Origin: Methanofastidiosum sp.
GTDB lineage: Archaea > Methanobacteriota_B > Thermococci > Methanofastidiosales > Methanofastidiosaceae
Assembly: GCA_040771805.1 (NCBI GenBank)
Contig: JAXGZJ010000001.1
Span: 1,359,961 to 1,423,960 of the forward strand
Reading direction: 5' to 3'
Length of the DNA: 64,000 bases
Numbering within the stretch: position 1 is the stretch's first letter; every line of letters starts with the position of its first letter. The position numbers and the translations under genes were made by a program. The notes beneath the pieces were generated by a model. It did not search any database, had not been told where the DNA came from, and saw only the letters and a program-made list of their open reading frames with translations. Below are positions 38,307 through 47,574 of this stretch, piece by piece.

Positions 38307-38453
38307 AGAATGATTACTATAGAAAAGTATTTATAGGTTTATGTAATTGTTATCGATGGGAAGGGAAATGGAGGAAAAAGTTAGAATCCTCTCATATTTT
38401 TTCACCTCTAGTGCTAGATTTCCCTTCCCTCGTTATGGCTTTAGGAGGCATTT

Positions 38454-38675
38454 ATGTATCAAAGAATTTTAAAATTACTTGAGAATGAAGAATCACCTAT
38501 TTCTGCAGAAAACATCAGTGAAAAAACAAAAGAGAGTTTAATTAAAACTAAGTCTCTTTTGTTAAGATTGCAAGAAGAAGGTAAAGTTGAAAGTAGCAAA
38601 AAAGAAAATAGTATAGTGTGGCAGATAAAGAAAAAAGATGATATTGAAAAGAAGTTAGAAAAGATGGTAAGATAA
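38454..38675 (+). CDS. Small winged-helix-like DNA-binding protein, translationally coupled to hef
   Basis: 73 aa. It reads LLENEESPISAENISEKTKESLIKTKSLLLRLQEEGKV. Its stop TAA overlaps the hef ATG (TAATG). Confidence 0.4.
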   Translation: MYQRILKLLENEESPISAENISEKTKESLIKTKSLLLRLQEEGKVESSKKENSIVWQIKKKDDIEKKLEKMVR

Positions 38676-40882
38676 TGCCTTTGTCTCATCCCTTTATAAA
38701 AGGGGAGATTTCGCCTAGACCCTATCAAGAAACAATTTTTGTAAAAAGTAAGGATAAAAATACACTAGTCATACTGCCAACAGGTCTTGGAAAAACTTAC
38801 ATTGGAATTTTATTAGCAGCATATACCTTACAATTACTGAGAAAAAAAGTGTTAGTCCTGGCTCCAACTAAGCCTTTGTCAGAGCAGCATTTTAAAACTT
38901 TTTCAGAAATATTGAATGTTGATAAAGAGAGCGTTGCCATTCTTACCGGGGTTGTGTCACCAATAAATCGAGAGAAAATATATAATAAATCTTTAGTTTT
39001 GATGGCCACCCCCCAAGTCATAGAAAATGACATTTTAAATGGGAAGATAAATTTAAGCGAATTTGGGCTTATTATTTTTGATGAAGCGCATCGTGCAATA
39101 GGAAATTATGCATACACTTACATAGCAGAAAAAGCTATTTCTAAAAATGTTAGAATTTTAGGTTTAACTGCTTCACCTGCATCAAATAAAGAAAAAATGC
39201 AAGAAATAATCAAAAATTTAGGAATAGAACATATAGAGTTAAGAAATGAAAACTCTCCAGATGTTAAACCTTATGTTCAAGATATTGAAATTTCTTGGAT
39301 TACAGTTAAACTACCTGATGAGTTTTTAGAAATTAAGAAGTTACTTGAACTTTTATTGAACAGAGAAATAACAAATCTAAAAGATCTAGGATTTGTTTCA
39401 TCCCAAGAAGTCACAAAAAAAGAAATATTGGGCACTGTACTTAAAATTAATAATAAAATTAAAGAAGTGCCAATCCAAGAGAAATCAGTTTATTATGGAG
39501 CACTCAAATCTCAAGCAAAGGCAATTAAGTTATACCATGCTTTAGAATTATTAGAAACTCAAGGCATTTCTTCTTTGATATCATATTTTAAAAAAATGCG
39601 CGAGGGAAAAAGCCGCTCTTCATTAGAGCTACTTTCTGAGAAAAATGTAATGAAAATTATAGCAATGGCAGATAATCTAAATCAAATGGGCATAGAACAC
39701 CCTAAACTTTCAAAGTTATATGAAATCGTCGCCAATAACGTAAGCGAAGGAAAAAATTTAATTGTTTTTTCGCATTATAGAGACACTACAATTAGAATCG
39801 TTAATGAGTTGAAGAAAATAGATGGAGTAAAAGTTGAGAGATTTGTTGGTCAAGCTTCAAAAAGGGGAGACGAAGGTTTATCTCAAAAAAAACAGAAGGA
39901 AATAATAGAGAAATTTAGATTGGGCGAATTTAACGTACTTGTTGCTACATCAGTAGCTGAAGAGGGACTTGACATACCAGAAGTCGATATGGTCATATTA
40001 TTTGAACCCGTACCTTCAGAAATACGAACAATTCAGAGAAGAGGTAGAACTGCTAGAAGAAGAAGCGGCCAAGTGATAATTCTTATTGCAGAGAAAACTA
40101 GAGATGAAGGGTACTATTGGGCAAGTAAACGAAAAGAAAAATTAATGAGGCACACCGTAATGGAATTGAAGAGAAATATCAAGAAAAGTGATGAAGCTAT
40201 TATTGCTGGAAAAGGACAGAGTAAGCTCAAAGATTTTGTTGAAATGCCCCACATCATAGCAGATGACAGGGAAGATAAGAAGTTTTTAAAAGTCTTATCA
40301 GAAAATGCAAATGTTAAGATTAGCCGTTTGGAAGTGGGAGATTACATCTTATCAAATAGAATTGGGGTTGAAAGAAAGTCATCAAATGATTTTATTGAAT
40401 CATTAATCAAAGGAACTCTTTTTTCTCAAATTATGTCCCTTTCAAATACATTTGAAGTTCCTATAGTGGTGGTAGAGGGAAGCGATATTTATTCAATAAG
40501 AAATATGGATGAGAAATCAATTCGAGGTGCAATTATATCTGCTATAGTAGATTTCAGAGTTAGGATTATTTTTACTAAAACGCTTGAAGAAACAGCAAAT
40601 TTTCTTGTTGATATCTCATTAAGAGAACAGAAAGAGAAAGATCGGATGCCTGTAATACGTGGAGAAAAAAGAATAATGAGCTTAAGAGAAAAACAACTAT
40701 ACATTATTGAAGGTCTTCCAGAAGTTTCATCCATTCTTTCTCGAAGATTATTAAAAAAATTTGGCAGTGTTCTGGGAGTTTTTAATGCAGGCGAGATAGA
40801 ACTTAAGGAAGTTGAGGGTGTTGGAGATACTAAAGCTAAAAAGATAAGAGAGGTAATAGACTCTCAGTATGAAGAAGTATAA
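38675..40882 (+). CDS. hef: Hef: archaeal helicase plus XPF/ERCC4-type nuclease plus (HhH)2
   Basis: 735 aa. The N-terminal SF2 helicase has PTGLGKT and FDEAHRA. The ERCC4 nuclease motif is GDYILSNRIGVERKSSND. The C-terminal HhH reads GLPEVSSILSRRLLKKFGSV. Confidence 0.85.
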   Translation: MPLSHPFIKGEISPRPYQETIFVKSKDKNTLVILPTGLGKTYIGILLAAYTLQLLRKKVLVLAPTKPLSEQHFKTFSEILNVDKESVAILTGVVSPINREKIYNKSLVLMATPQVIENDILNGKINLSEFGLIIFDEAHRAIGNYAYTYIAEKAISKNVRILGLTASPASNKEKMQEIIKNLGIEHIELRNENSPDVKPYVQDIEISWITVKLPDEFLEIKKLLELLLNREITNLKDLGFVSSQEVTKKEILGTVLKINNKIKEVPIQEKSVYYGALKSQAKAIKLYHALELLETQGISSLISYFKKMREGKSRSSLELLSEKNVMKIIAMADNLNQMGIEHPKLSKLYEIVANNVSEGKNLIVFSHYRDTTIRIVNELKKIDGVKVERFVGQASKRGDEGLSQKKQKEIIEKFRLGEFNVLVATSVAEEGLDIPEVDMVILFEPVPSEIRTIQRRGRTARRRSGQVIILIAEKTRDEGYYWASKRKEKLMRHTVMELKRNIKKSDEAIIAGKGQSKLKDFVEMPHIIADDREDKKFLKVLSENANVKISRLEVGDYILSNRIGVERKSSNDFIESLIKGTLFSQIMSLSNTFEVPIVVVEGSDIYSIRNMDEKSIRGAIISAIVDFRVRIIFTKTLEETANFLVDISLREQKEKDRMPVIRGEKRIMSLREKQLYIIEGLPEVSSILSRRLLKKFGSVLGVFNAGEIELKEVEGVGDTKAKKIREVIDSQYEEV

Positions 40883-40968
40883 TTCCATTATTGTTAATCA
40901 ATATATAACCAAAAGATTTAAATATTAAGAAGCAATAATGCCTATTACCACTAATAGGTGATGACTTA

Positions 40969-41130
40969 TGAGAGGACGTAACGATTCAGAAGCAAGAAAA
41001 TTCTTTAGACAAGCAAAAAAAATGAAAGATAGAGCTGAAGCAAATATAAAAAAAAGAAATTTTGTATTAGCTTCTATTGAAATAGATGTTGCAAATAGGC
41101 TTCTTGAAGAAGGAAGTAAATTTCTCTAAA
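40969..41130 (+). CDS. Small hypothetical ORF (53 aa, basic/helical)
   Basis: ATG to TAA, MRGRNDSEARKFFRQAKKMKDRAEANIKKRNFVLASIEIDVANRLLEEGSKFL. It is below the track cutoff and its coding status is uncertain. Confidence 0.2.
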
Positions 41131-41283
41131 TTTTATTTTTTAATTGATATTTTTAGATAATATCTATTTAGATTTACTCACTATAATGTGTAAAAGTAAT
41201 AAAATCTAGATTGTGTAAAATCAGATGGTAAAATAGAAATGGCAAATCTTCAAATTCTAAAATTAAAAATAATAAAATATTTA

Positions 41284-42396
41284 TTATAATTTTTCAAATC
41301 TTTTTTCAAGCTCCCTTAATACTTTTGGAAGTGTTGTATATTCCATATCTTCAGGGGGCAATCTATGGGGCTCAAATGGCCCATGCCGCCTCATATAGTC
41401 TGCAACTCTTTGTGCTTTTATCCTAGCATTGTCATATGCGGGGTCATCGAACAGATCGACAGGTCCAATTAGTTTTCCATTTGCTATTTGGAACCCTAAA
41501 GCAATGACTCTTGGTGGCCCGTCAAATCTTGTGCATACAGCATTTTTTTGACTTACAGGCATTATTGGTCCATTATGCGATCCTCTCATCCATCCTGCTA
41601 CTAAGTGTGGAAAAGCAAAAGGCTCAAGGACTTCACCTACTGCAGGGAGCCCCGATTGGGCCCTTACTAAAGCCACAGGATCATCTTTTCCTACATATTC
41701 TCCAGCAATTTTGTAAAGTTTCTCAGTGCTTATAGTTGCTACTGCCTCATCTGCGGATAATTTTCCTCCTTTCTTAGGGTACACTCTTTTTATTACATAT
41801 CTTGATTTGGCACCAATTAATGCGAGCATTTTGTAAAGTTCCTCAGGGCAATCCATAAACACTTTTTTACTATCGAATATGTCCCATATTTCAAATCTAA
41901 ATCCTGCCACAGCGTTAGGATCTATTACAAGGCCTATAGTATTAAATGGATCTGCAAACATCTTATATATGGGTAGATTAAAAGCTCCTGGATCTGTTTT
42001 ATCCATCATAAATGCAATTAATGGTTCTGCTTTCCTTTCTTCGAATTCTAGTTCTGCCACACCAGGGCCCATCCCTCTAACATTTCCACTGAAAGATTCT
42101 GCTAAAAGATCTTGGCCCGCACCATAAAGTTTCAGTTTTTTGGCCATTTCTGTTGCTTTTTCAAAAGTATCCCAAGCAAGGTGGTGAACTTCCAAACAAT
42201 CGACACCTTTTCTGTGTGTCATTATTAATTCTAAATCATCTCCACAGTTTGTAACGTGGAAATCAACTAGTAGTTTACCTTTTTCTTTTTCTAATTCTTT
42301 TTTAGCTGTTTGAATTAAATCAGGATGTACCAAAGCGTGGCCTGGCCATCCCCCAACATCTGCTTTAATAAGAGAAACTGTTATTTTTTCTCCCAT
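41284..42396 (-). CDS. fbp: Fructose-1,6-bisphosphate aldolase/phosphatase (class V FBPase)
   Basis: 370 aa. The N-terminus MGEKITVSLIKADVGGWPGH is characteristic of the archaeal bifunctional FBP aldolase/phosphatase. Confidence 0.85.
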   Translation of the reverse strand: MGEKITVSLIKADVGGWPGHALVHPDLIQTAKKELEKEKGKLLVDFHVTNCGDDLELIMTHRKGVDCLEVHHLAWDTFEKATEMAKKLKLYGAGQDLLAESFSGNVRGMGPGVAELEFEERKAEPLIAFMMDKTDPGAFNLPIYKMFADPFNTIGLVIDPNAVAGFRFEIWDIFDSKKVFMDCPEELYKMLALIGAKSRYVIKRVYPKKGGKLSADEAVATISTEKLYKIAGEYVGKDDPVALVRAQSGLPAVGEVLEPFAFPHLVAGWMRGSHNGPIMPVSQKNAVCTRFDGPPRVIALGFQIANGKLIGPVDLFDDPAYDNARIKAQRVADYMRRHGPFEPHRLPPEDMEYTTLPKVLRELEKRFEKL

Positions 42397-43005
42397 TTAA
42401 TCCTCCTCATCCTTTGATTTAAAATCATCAATTGTGAATGGAGGTTCCTCACCATCTTTAATCTGCCCTTTCGCTTTCATCATTTCTCTGGCAATGAGAT
42501 AATAAATAAGCGCTAAAGCTTTTTTACCTTTGTTATTTGTTGGTACAACTAAATCAACATTTGATAAGTAATTTTCAGAGTCACATAGGGCAACTACTGG
42601 TATTTTTGCAAGTCCCGCCTCTCTTAATATTTGATAATCTGCCCTTGGGTCTGTCAATATGACTACTTCAGGTTCAATAAAATCGTCACAGTTTGGATTT
42701 GTGAGAGATCCGGGTATGAATCTTTTGGTAATTGTTTTTGCCCCCGTTTTTTGACCGAAAGCCAATACAGGTTTGAATCCATAGATTCTTGATGATACCA
42801 CAAGGATTTTTTCTGGCTCAAATTTGGCAAGAAACTTTCCAACTTTTTCTATTTTCCTGTTTGTTTCATTTATGTCCAATATATAAAGACCATCTTGTCT
42901 TATCCTAAATATATACCTTTCCATATCTTTTGTTTTTTGGGTCGTTCCAATATGAATCCCTGATGCAAGGTATAAATCAAGGGGTACTAACATTTCATCA
43001 CTCAT
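42397..43005 (-). CDS. rps2: 30S ribosomal protein S2
   Basis: 202 aa. It reads LASGIHIGTTQKTKDMERYIFRIRQDGLYILDI. Confidence 0.85.
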   Translation of the reverse strand: MSDEMLVPLDLYLASGIHIGTTQKTKDMERYIFRIRQDGLYILDINETNRKIEKVGKFLAKFEPEKILVVSSRIYGFKPVLAFGQKTGAKTITKRFIPGSLTNPNCDDFIEPEVVILTDPRADYQILREAGLAKIPVVALCDSENYLSNVDLVVPTNNKGKKALALIYYLIAREMMKAKGQIKDGEEPPFTIDDFKSKDEED

Positions 43006-43604
43006 TAAATCTCCTCTCCTAAATATTCTTTAATTCTTATTAGTTCATTTATAATAGGAATATTTTCTTCTGTTATATCTAGGTACTTTAGATTAAATGC
43101 CAAGGCTAAATGGCAGATTCCTTCATCAACTGCAGAGATAATGCAATTATTATCCTCTTTTGAAGAAACATATATCTTTGATATCGTATCTAGATCAATT
43201 TTCTTAGGCCTATGTTTTTCCTTTAGTTCATTCAAATCTATATCAAATATTTTTTCTCCGATGGTTAGAAATGGCATTTGACCTTCGTAAATACCACCAA
43301 GATACCTAAAAAGGGGTAAGGAATAAAAGGAAGATGCTGCTTTAGCAGATGCCAAAGACAATACAAATCTTATTTGGTTATATGGCGTTATTTCACAAAG
43401 TAATTCATCTAATGATTTTTGTTCTATTGCATCCAATCCTACAAGTTCAGGCAAAACAACTTCCTCTATTTCGGAGATATCTCCTTCAAATGGTACGGAA
43501 GCTCTTCCAAAGCTTGAATTCGTATAGATATCTATCTCTACTATTTTCTTCTCTCGACCACTGTTGTAAATCATTCTTGCTCTTATATCCTCTATTACGG
43601 TCAA
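43005..43604 (-). CDS. Enolase N-terminal-domain-like protein (truncated enolase paralog, ~190-200 aa; lacks the TIM-barrel catalytic domain)
   Basis: Clear similarity to the enolase N-domain: IEDIRARMIYNSGREKKIVEIDIY...FGRASVP...FVLSLASAKAASSFYSLPLFRYLGG. The ORF stops after ~200 aa, directly abutting rps2. The start is probably TTG at 43602-43604 or ATG at 43572-43574. The track ORF's upstream extension overlaps tRNA-Pro. Confidence 0.5.
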   Translation of the reverse strand: MTVIEDIRARMIYNSGREKKIVEIDIYTNSSFGRASVPFEGDISEIEEVVLPELVGLDAIEQKSLDELLCEITPYNQIRFVLSLASAKAASSFYSLPLFRYLGGIYEGQMPFLTIGEKIFDIDLNELKEKHRPKKIDLDTISKIYVSSKEDNNCIISAVDEGICHLALAFNLKYLDITEENIPIINELIRIKEYLGEEI

Positions 43605-43631
43605 TCTTTCCTCTCCTTTTTCTATTTCCAA

Positions 43632-43709
43632 TGGTGGGACCGTCGGGATTTGAACCCGAGTTTCCACCACCCCAAGGTGAGAGGCTAGTCCAAGCTACCC
43701 CACGGTCCC
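43632..43709 (-). tRNA. tRNA-Pro (anticodon GGG). The 3' CCA is encoded.
   Basis: The reverse complement gives acceptor GGGACCG/CGGUCCC, anticodon stem UCACC/GGUGG with loop UUGGGGU, T-arm UCGGGUUCAAAUCCCGA, followed by A and CCA. Confidence 0.8.
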
Positions 43710-43744
43710 ATGTGAAATCAACTATAAACTATTAAAATATAAAA

Positions 43745-43939
43745 TTATATTTTATAGTCGAGCAATTCGTCTATGAGGTCAACATGGGTAAGAAGCATTC
43801 GTCTACAGCAATATCTTGTCAATCCCATGTCATCCAATATTTTTTCTGATAGTTCCCCTTTGCTTAACCTATCTAGGTATGGCTCATAAAGATGTCCAAT
43901 CACTTTTCCACAAGTAAAACATCTTACAGGGATTATCAA
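43745..43939 (-). CDS. rpoN: DNA-directed RNA polymerase subunit N (Rpb10 homolog)
   Basis: 64 aa. It begins [15 protein letters not shown]...YCCRRM. Confidence 0.85.
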   Translation of the reverse strand: MIIPVRCFTCGKVIGHLYEPYLDRLSKGELSEKILDDMGLTRYCCRRMLLTHVDLIDELLDYKI

Positions 43940-43943
43940 AAGA

Positions 43944-44348
43944 TCACCTGTAAGATTTTTGTCTTCTTGCTCTTGGCCCTTTAGAAGACTTACTTGGTTT
44001 GTGTTCCTCAGTTCTCCTTGAATCCCCTCTTAATAGTATTCTATCATATCCTAAATAAGCTTCTTTCAAAGAGTTGTCTTGGGTGAATTCTACAAGACCC
44101 CTTGCAATTGCTATTCTGCATGCATCGGCTTGTCCCATAATACCTCCCCCTCGAACATCAACATCAATGTCAACGGTGTTGGCTGTATCGCCTGCAAGGA
44201 TAATTGGTTCAAACATTTTTATTCTAACCATTTCAGGTTCTATTATTGGCAGGGGTTTACTATTAATTCTTACTCTTCCCTTACCTTCTTTTACAGTTGC
44301 TCTTGCAACTGCTTTTTTTCTTTTGCCAATTGATTGAATTATTTTCAT
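43944..44348 (-). CDS. rps9: 30S ribosomal protein S9
   Basis: 134 aa, ending [11 protein letters not shown], with [19 protein letters not shown]. Confidence 0.85.
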   Translation of the reverse strand: MKIIQSIGKRKKAVARATVKEGKGRVRINSKPLPIIEPEMVRIKMFEPIILAGDTANTVDIDVDVRGGGIMGQADACRIAIARGLVEFTQDNSLKEAYLGYDRILLRGDSRRTEEHKPSKSSKGPRARRQKSYR

Positions 44349-44770
44349 ATACGGCCCCCAAGGAAGCTTGATATTTCTTTAACTTTAAAGTATTTTTTAG
44401 TTCTAAGTTTTGAAACATCTGCATCATTGAATCTAATATATTCCTTCCCAGTCAAATCATCAGGAACTCCAACATATACCTTTAATTTTCGGTAAGCCTT
44501 TCTTCCCTTTTCCTTTTTCCAAGGTAACATTCCCCTTATAGCTCTTCTGACTATTCTGTCAGATCTTTTAGGGAAAAATGAACCTCTTAAAGGATTAGCT
44601 AAATCTTTGAATTGAGCTCTTTTTTGATAAAGTTCAAAGAAATAGTCCCTATTGCCTGTAATTATAACTTCTTCAGCATTAACTATGAAAACTTCTTCCC
44701 CTTCTAAAAGTTTTTTTGCAGCAACTGATGCCATTCTACCTAGAATCTGATCTTTTCCATCGATTATCAT
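44345..44770 (-). CDS. rpl13: 50S ribosomal protein L13
   Basis: 141 aa. It begins [39 protein letters not shown]. Confidence 0.85.
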   Translation of the reverse strand: MIIDGKDQILGRMASVAAKKLLEGEEVFIVNAEEVIITGNRDYFFELYQKRAQFKDLANPLRGSFFPKRSDRIVRRAIRGMLPWKKEKGRKAYRKLKVYVGVPDDLTGKEYIRFNDADVSKLRTKKYFKVKEISSFLGGRI

Positions 44771-44774
44771 AAGA

Positions 44775-45143
44775 TCACTCCATTATTTTTACACCGCTAC
44801 CTCTTGGGTTTTCTTTGTAAAGATCATAAAGATTTATTGCTCTTCCCTTTTTGTTTATTTTTTCTAGGGCAGATTTAGAGAATTTGAATGCTGAAACAGT
44901 GACTTTATGGTCTAACTCACCGCTGCCTAATACTTTACCGGGGATTACAACTGTATCCCCTTCTTGTGAATATCTGTTAATTTTTGACAAATTTACTTGA
45001 GGCAAATGCCTTGTAGGTCTTTTAAATCTCTTAGAAAGATCAATCCACAAGGGTGTTTTTTCTGAATATCCTTTGTCTATAAAAAAATCTATAAGGTTCA
45101 ATATATTGGGATTAGTTTTATTTAACTTTTTCATTAATTTCAC
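44775..45143 (-). CDS. rpl18e: 50S ribosomal protein L18e
   Basis: 122 aa. It is in the conserved position upstream of L13 in the archaeal cluster and is basic, L18e-like. Confidence 0.65.
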   Translation of the reverse strand: MKLMKKLNKTNPNILNLIDFFIDKGYSEKTPLWIDLSKRFKRPTRHLPQVNLSKINRYSQEGDTVVIPGKVLGSGELDHKVTVSAFKFSKSALEKINKKGRAINLYDLYKENPRGSGVKIME

Positions 45144-45269
45144 CTCTCAAACTCATACGCTTCCGCTCGCCTGAGATTAACATTGATATTTTAATACACT
45201 ATTTAAACGTTTCTATAAAATTTAGTCTATATATCGATATCTCTAAAGGAAACGCAGTATTATTGTTTC

Positions 45270-46400
45270 CTATAGTTTTGATATTGGATTTAAAATTGGG
45301 GTAAGCTCAGTCTTATACCCTAAATCTTTTAATGCCATCTGTAAACATGCCACAGTGGAGATTATTTCTTTTTCAGTAATACTGCCCATATGGCCAATTC
45401 GTATTATCTTCCCTTTAAGATGATCTTGCCCGCCAGCTATGATTATATCATGCTTCTCTCTCATTAGTTTAATGAGTTCAAGGCCATCAATGCCTTCTGG
45501 AACTTTTATAGAAGTAACAGTATTCGAACATGTCTTTTCATCTTGTGGGAATAGTTCTAGGCCCAATGCTTTTGCAGCCTCTCTAGTGGCTTTAGCCAGA
45601 TTTTCATGCTTTTTAATCCAGTTTTCAAGGCCGTATTCATCGATGATGTCTAAAGCTTCTTTTAATCCATAGGTCATTGATACTGGTTGCGTAAATGGAG
45701 CTTTATATTTGTTATTTTTATATTTTTTAAGGCTAAGATAATAGCATGTTGCATCTGTTTTTTCAATTACATCCCATGCTTTTTGACTAATCGAAATAAA
45801 GCACATTCCTGGTGGTAGTCCAATACACTTTTGGCTGCCTGATGCACATAGGTCTATCCCCCAATTATCAACTTCAATATTGTCTCCTCCAAGGGAAGAA
45901 ATTGTATCTACTACCAAAAGAGCTTTAGTATTTCTTACAATTTTGCCTAGTTCTGCAACAGGATTTCTAACTCCTGTTGAAGTTTCATTATGTACCATTG
46001 TTACGGCTTTAATGAACGGATCCTTTTCTAACGCTTTTTTCACGTCTTCTATATTTATTGGCGATCCCCATTCGTATTTTAGTTCAACTACTGTTCCCTT
46101 GTAGGCTTTTACTATATCCCTAAACCTCTCTCCAAATTTGCCTGAAGTAATACATAGGACCTTATCTCCCGGTTGTATGATATTAGCTATTGCAGCATCC
46201 ATTGCGGCAGTTCCAGACCCAGCCATTAAAAAAACATCATTATTTGTTTTGAATAATTTTTTCATTCTTTCTGATTGTTCCATAAAGAGTTTGTTGAATT
46301 CTTCGCCCCGATGAGGCATGATTTTCATTGACATTGCTCGAAATACCCTAGGATGTACAGGTATAGGGCCGGGTATCATAAGTAAAAAATCTTCATTCAT
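45270..46400 (-). CDS. Class V aminotransferase (serine-pyruvate / alanine-glyoxylate / phosphoserine aminotransferase-like)
   Basis: 376 aa. It reads LMIPGPIPVHPRVFRAM and carries the PLP-Lys region SGSQKCIGLPPG. Confidence 0.7.
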   Translation of the reverse strand: MNEDFLLMIPGPIPVHPRVFRAMSMKIMPHRGEEFNKLFMEQSERMKKLFKTNNDVFLMAGSGTAAMDAAIANIIQPGDKVLCITSGKFGERFRDIVKAYKGTVVELKYEWGSPINIEDVKKALEKDPFIKAVTMVHNETSTGVRNPVAELGKIVRNTKALLVVDTISSLGGDNIEVDNWGIDLCASGSQKCIGLPPGMCFISISQKAWDVIEKTDATCYYLSLKKYKNNKYKAPFTQPVSMTYGLKEALDIIDEYGLENWIKKHENLAKATREAAKALGLELFPQDEKTCSNTVTSIKVPEGIDGLELIKLMREKHDIIIAGGQDHLKGKIIRIGHMGSITEKEIISTVACLQMALKDLGYKTELTPILNPISKL

Positions 46401-46507
46401 ATAATCACGACATTATTTTAACCAAAATAAACATATATAAGATTATCCTATCTAACTACTAGTTAAAAGTGTTAGAATAGAATTAATCCCAAAGATATTA
46501 AAACAAA

Positions 46508-46702
46508 TCACATTATTTCTTTATGTGTCATTAGTCTTGTTGTGTATCCTGCAATGCGATTCAATAGTTTGTGTGTAGGTACGTCTATTAAATCTTTAAT
46601 TATTAATTTATTTTCTTCAAAGTCTTTTGTTAATTCGGCTCTGTGTTTTTCAACTAATTGTCTTGAAATTCTTTTTAAGAACGATGGCCTAATTCTTCCC
46701 AA
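46508..46702 (-). CDS. rps17e: 30S ribosomal protein S17e
   Basis: 64 aa. It begins MGRIRPSFLKRISRQLVEKHRAELTKDFEENK...KLLNRIAGYTTRLM. Confidence 0.8.
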   Translation of the reverse strand: MGRIRPSFLKRISRQLVEKHRAELTKDFEENKLIIKDLIDVPTHKLLNRIAGYTTRLMTHKEIM

Positions 46703-46818
46703 TATTACACCTCCATTTTAGATGAAATGACCTTATTCGCTTTTTAAAATTATCGCAAATACTTTGTTTTTCTTTCTAGGGGCCCTTATTTTAATATAAA
46801 TTACAGTAAATATTTAAG

Positions 46819-47574
46819 GTGAGTAAGCGAAAAATACTCATGCTCAAGATTATAAATAGTCGAATTAATTCAAATATGACTATAGGGATAGGTGCTTATG
46901 AAAATCCAGATAAAATTGAAGAAGTTGCAGACAACATCAATTTTTGTAATGTTAAAGTTTTTTATAACTCTGCAAAAATAATATCTTCTCTAAAAAAGGG
47001 CAGTGTAGATGCAATAGTTAGAGGCACCTTGCCAAGTTCTGATTTTTTAAATGAGGTGAAAAATAAATTTAATATAGATAAAATCTATAGAATTGGTCTT
47101 CTAGGAACCTATGACAAAAAATATTTCTTTTTTGCGCCCCTTGGTATAGATGAAGGAGAGAATCTTAGAGAAAAAGAGATGTTTATTGAATATGCCAATG
47201 ATTTATTAAAACAATTTAGAGTTGAGCCAAAGATATCTGTACTATCGGGCGGGAGATTAAAAGATATTGGAAGATCTAAACTAGTTGACAAAAGTATCAT
47301 TGAAGCAGACGCTTTAGCAAAAAAGTATGCAGTTAAACACGCCCAAATATTAATTGAAAATGCAGTAATAGATTCAAATTTTATTCTTGCCCCAGACGGA
47401 ATTTCTGGGAATTTAATTTATCGAACTTTAATTCATCTTGGAGGTGGAAGTTCACATGGTGCTTTGTACTATCCTTTAGCTATTAACAACACAATTATTG
47501 TGGACACGTCAAGAGCTGCGCCCAAAGAAGAGTATATTTCCTCAATAGCACTTGCTAATGCCATTAAAAATTAA
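46819..47574 (+). CDS. Phosphate acetyl/butyryl-transferase family (PTA/PTB-like) short protein
   Basis: 251 aa. The C-terminal region APDGISGNLIYRTLIHLGGGSSHGALYYPL...VDTSRAAPKEEYISSIALA resembles the Pta C-terminal consensus. Confidence 0.4.
   Translation: MSKRKILMLKIINSRINSNMTIGIGAYENPDKIEEVADNINFCNVKVFYNSAKIISSLKKGSVDAIVRGTLPSSDFLNEVKNKFNIDKIYRIGLLGTYDKKYFFFAPLGIDEGENLREKEMFIEYANDLLKQFRVEPKISVLSGGRLKDIGRSKLVDKSIIEADALAKKYAVKHAQILIENAVIDSNFILAPDGISGNLIYRTLIHLGGGSSHGALYYPLAINNTIIVDTSRAAPKEEYISSIALANAIKN

Noticed and set aside
43575-43670. Upstream extension of the enolase-like ORF as given in the ORF track (start at 43670)
   Set aside because: The extension overlaps tRNA-Pro (43632-43709). 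Enolase homology begins near residue 24, and TTG/ATG starts exist downstream of the tRNA.
44074-44337. + strand ORFs of 87 and 84 aa
   Set aside because: They are antisense to ribosomal protein S9.
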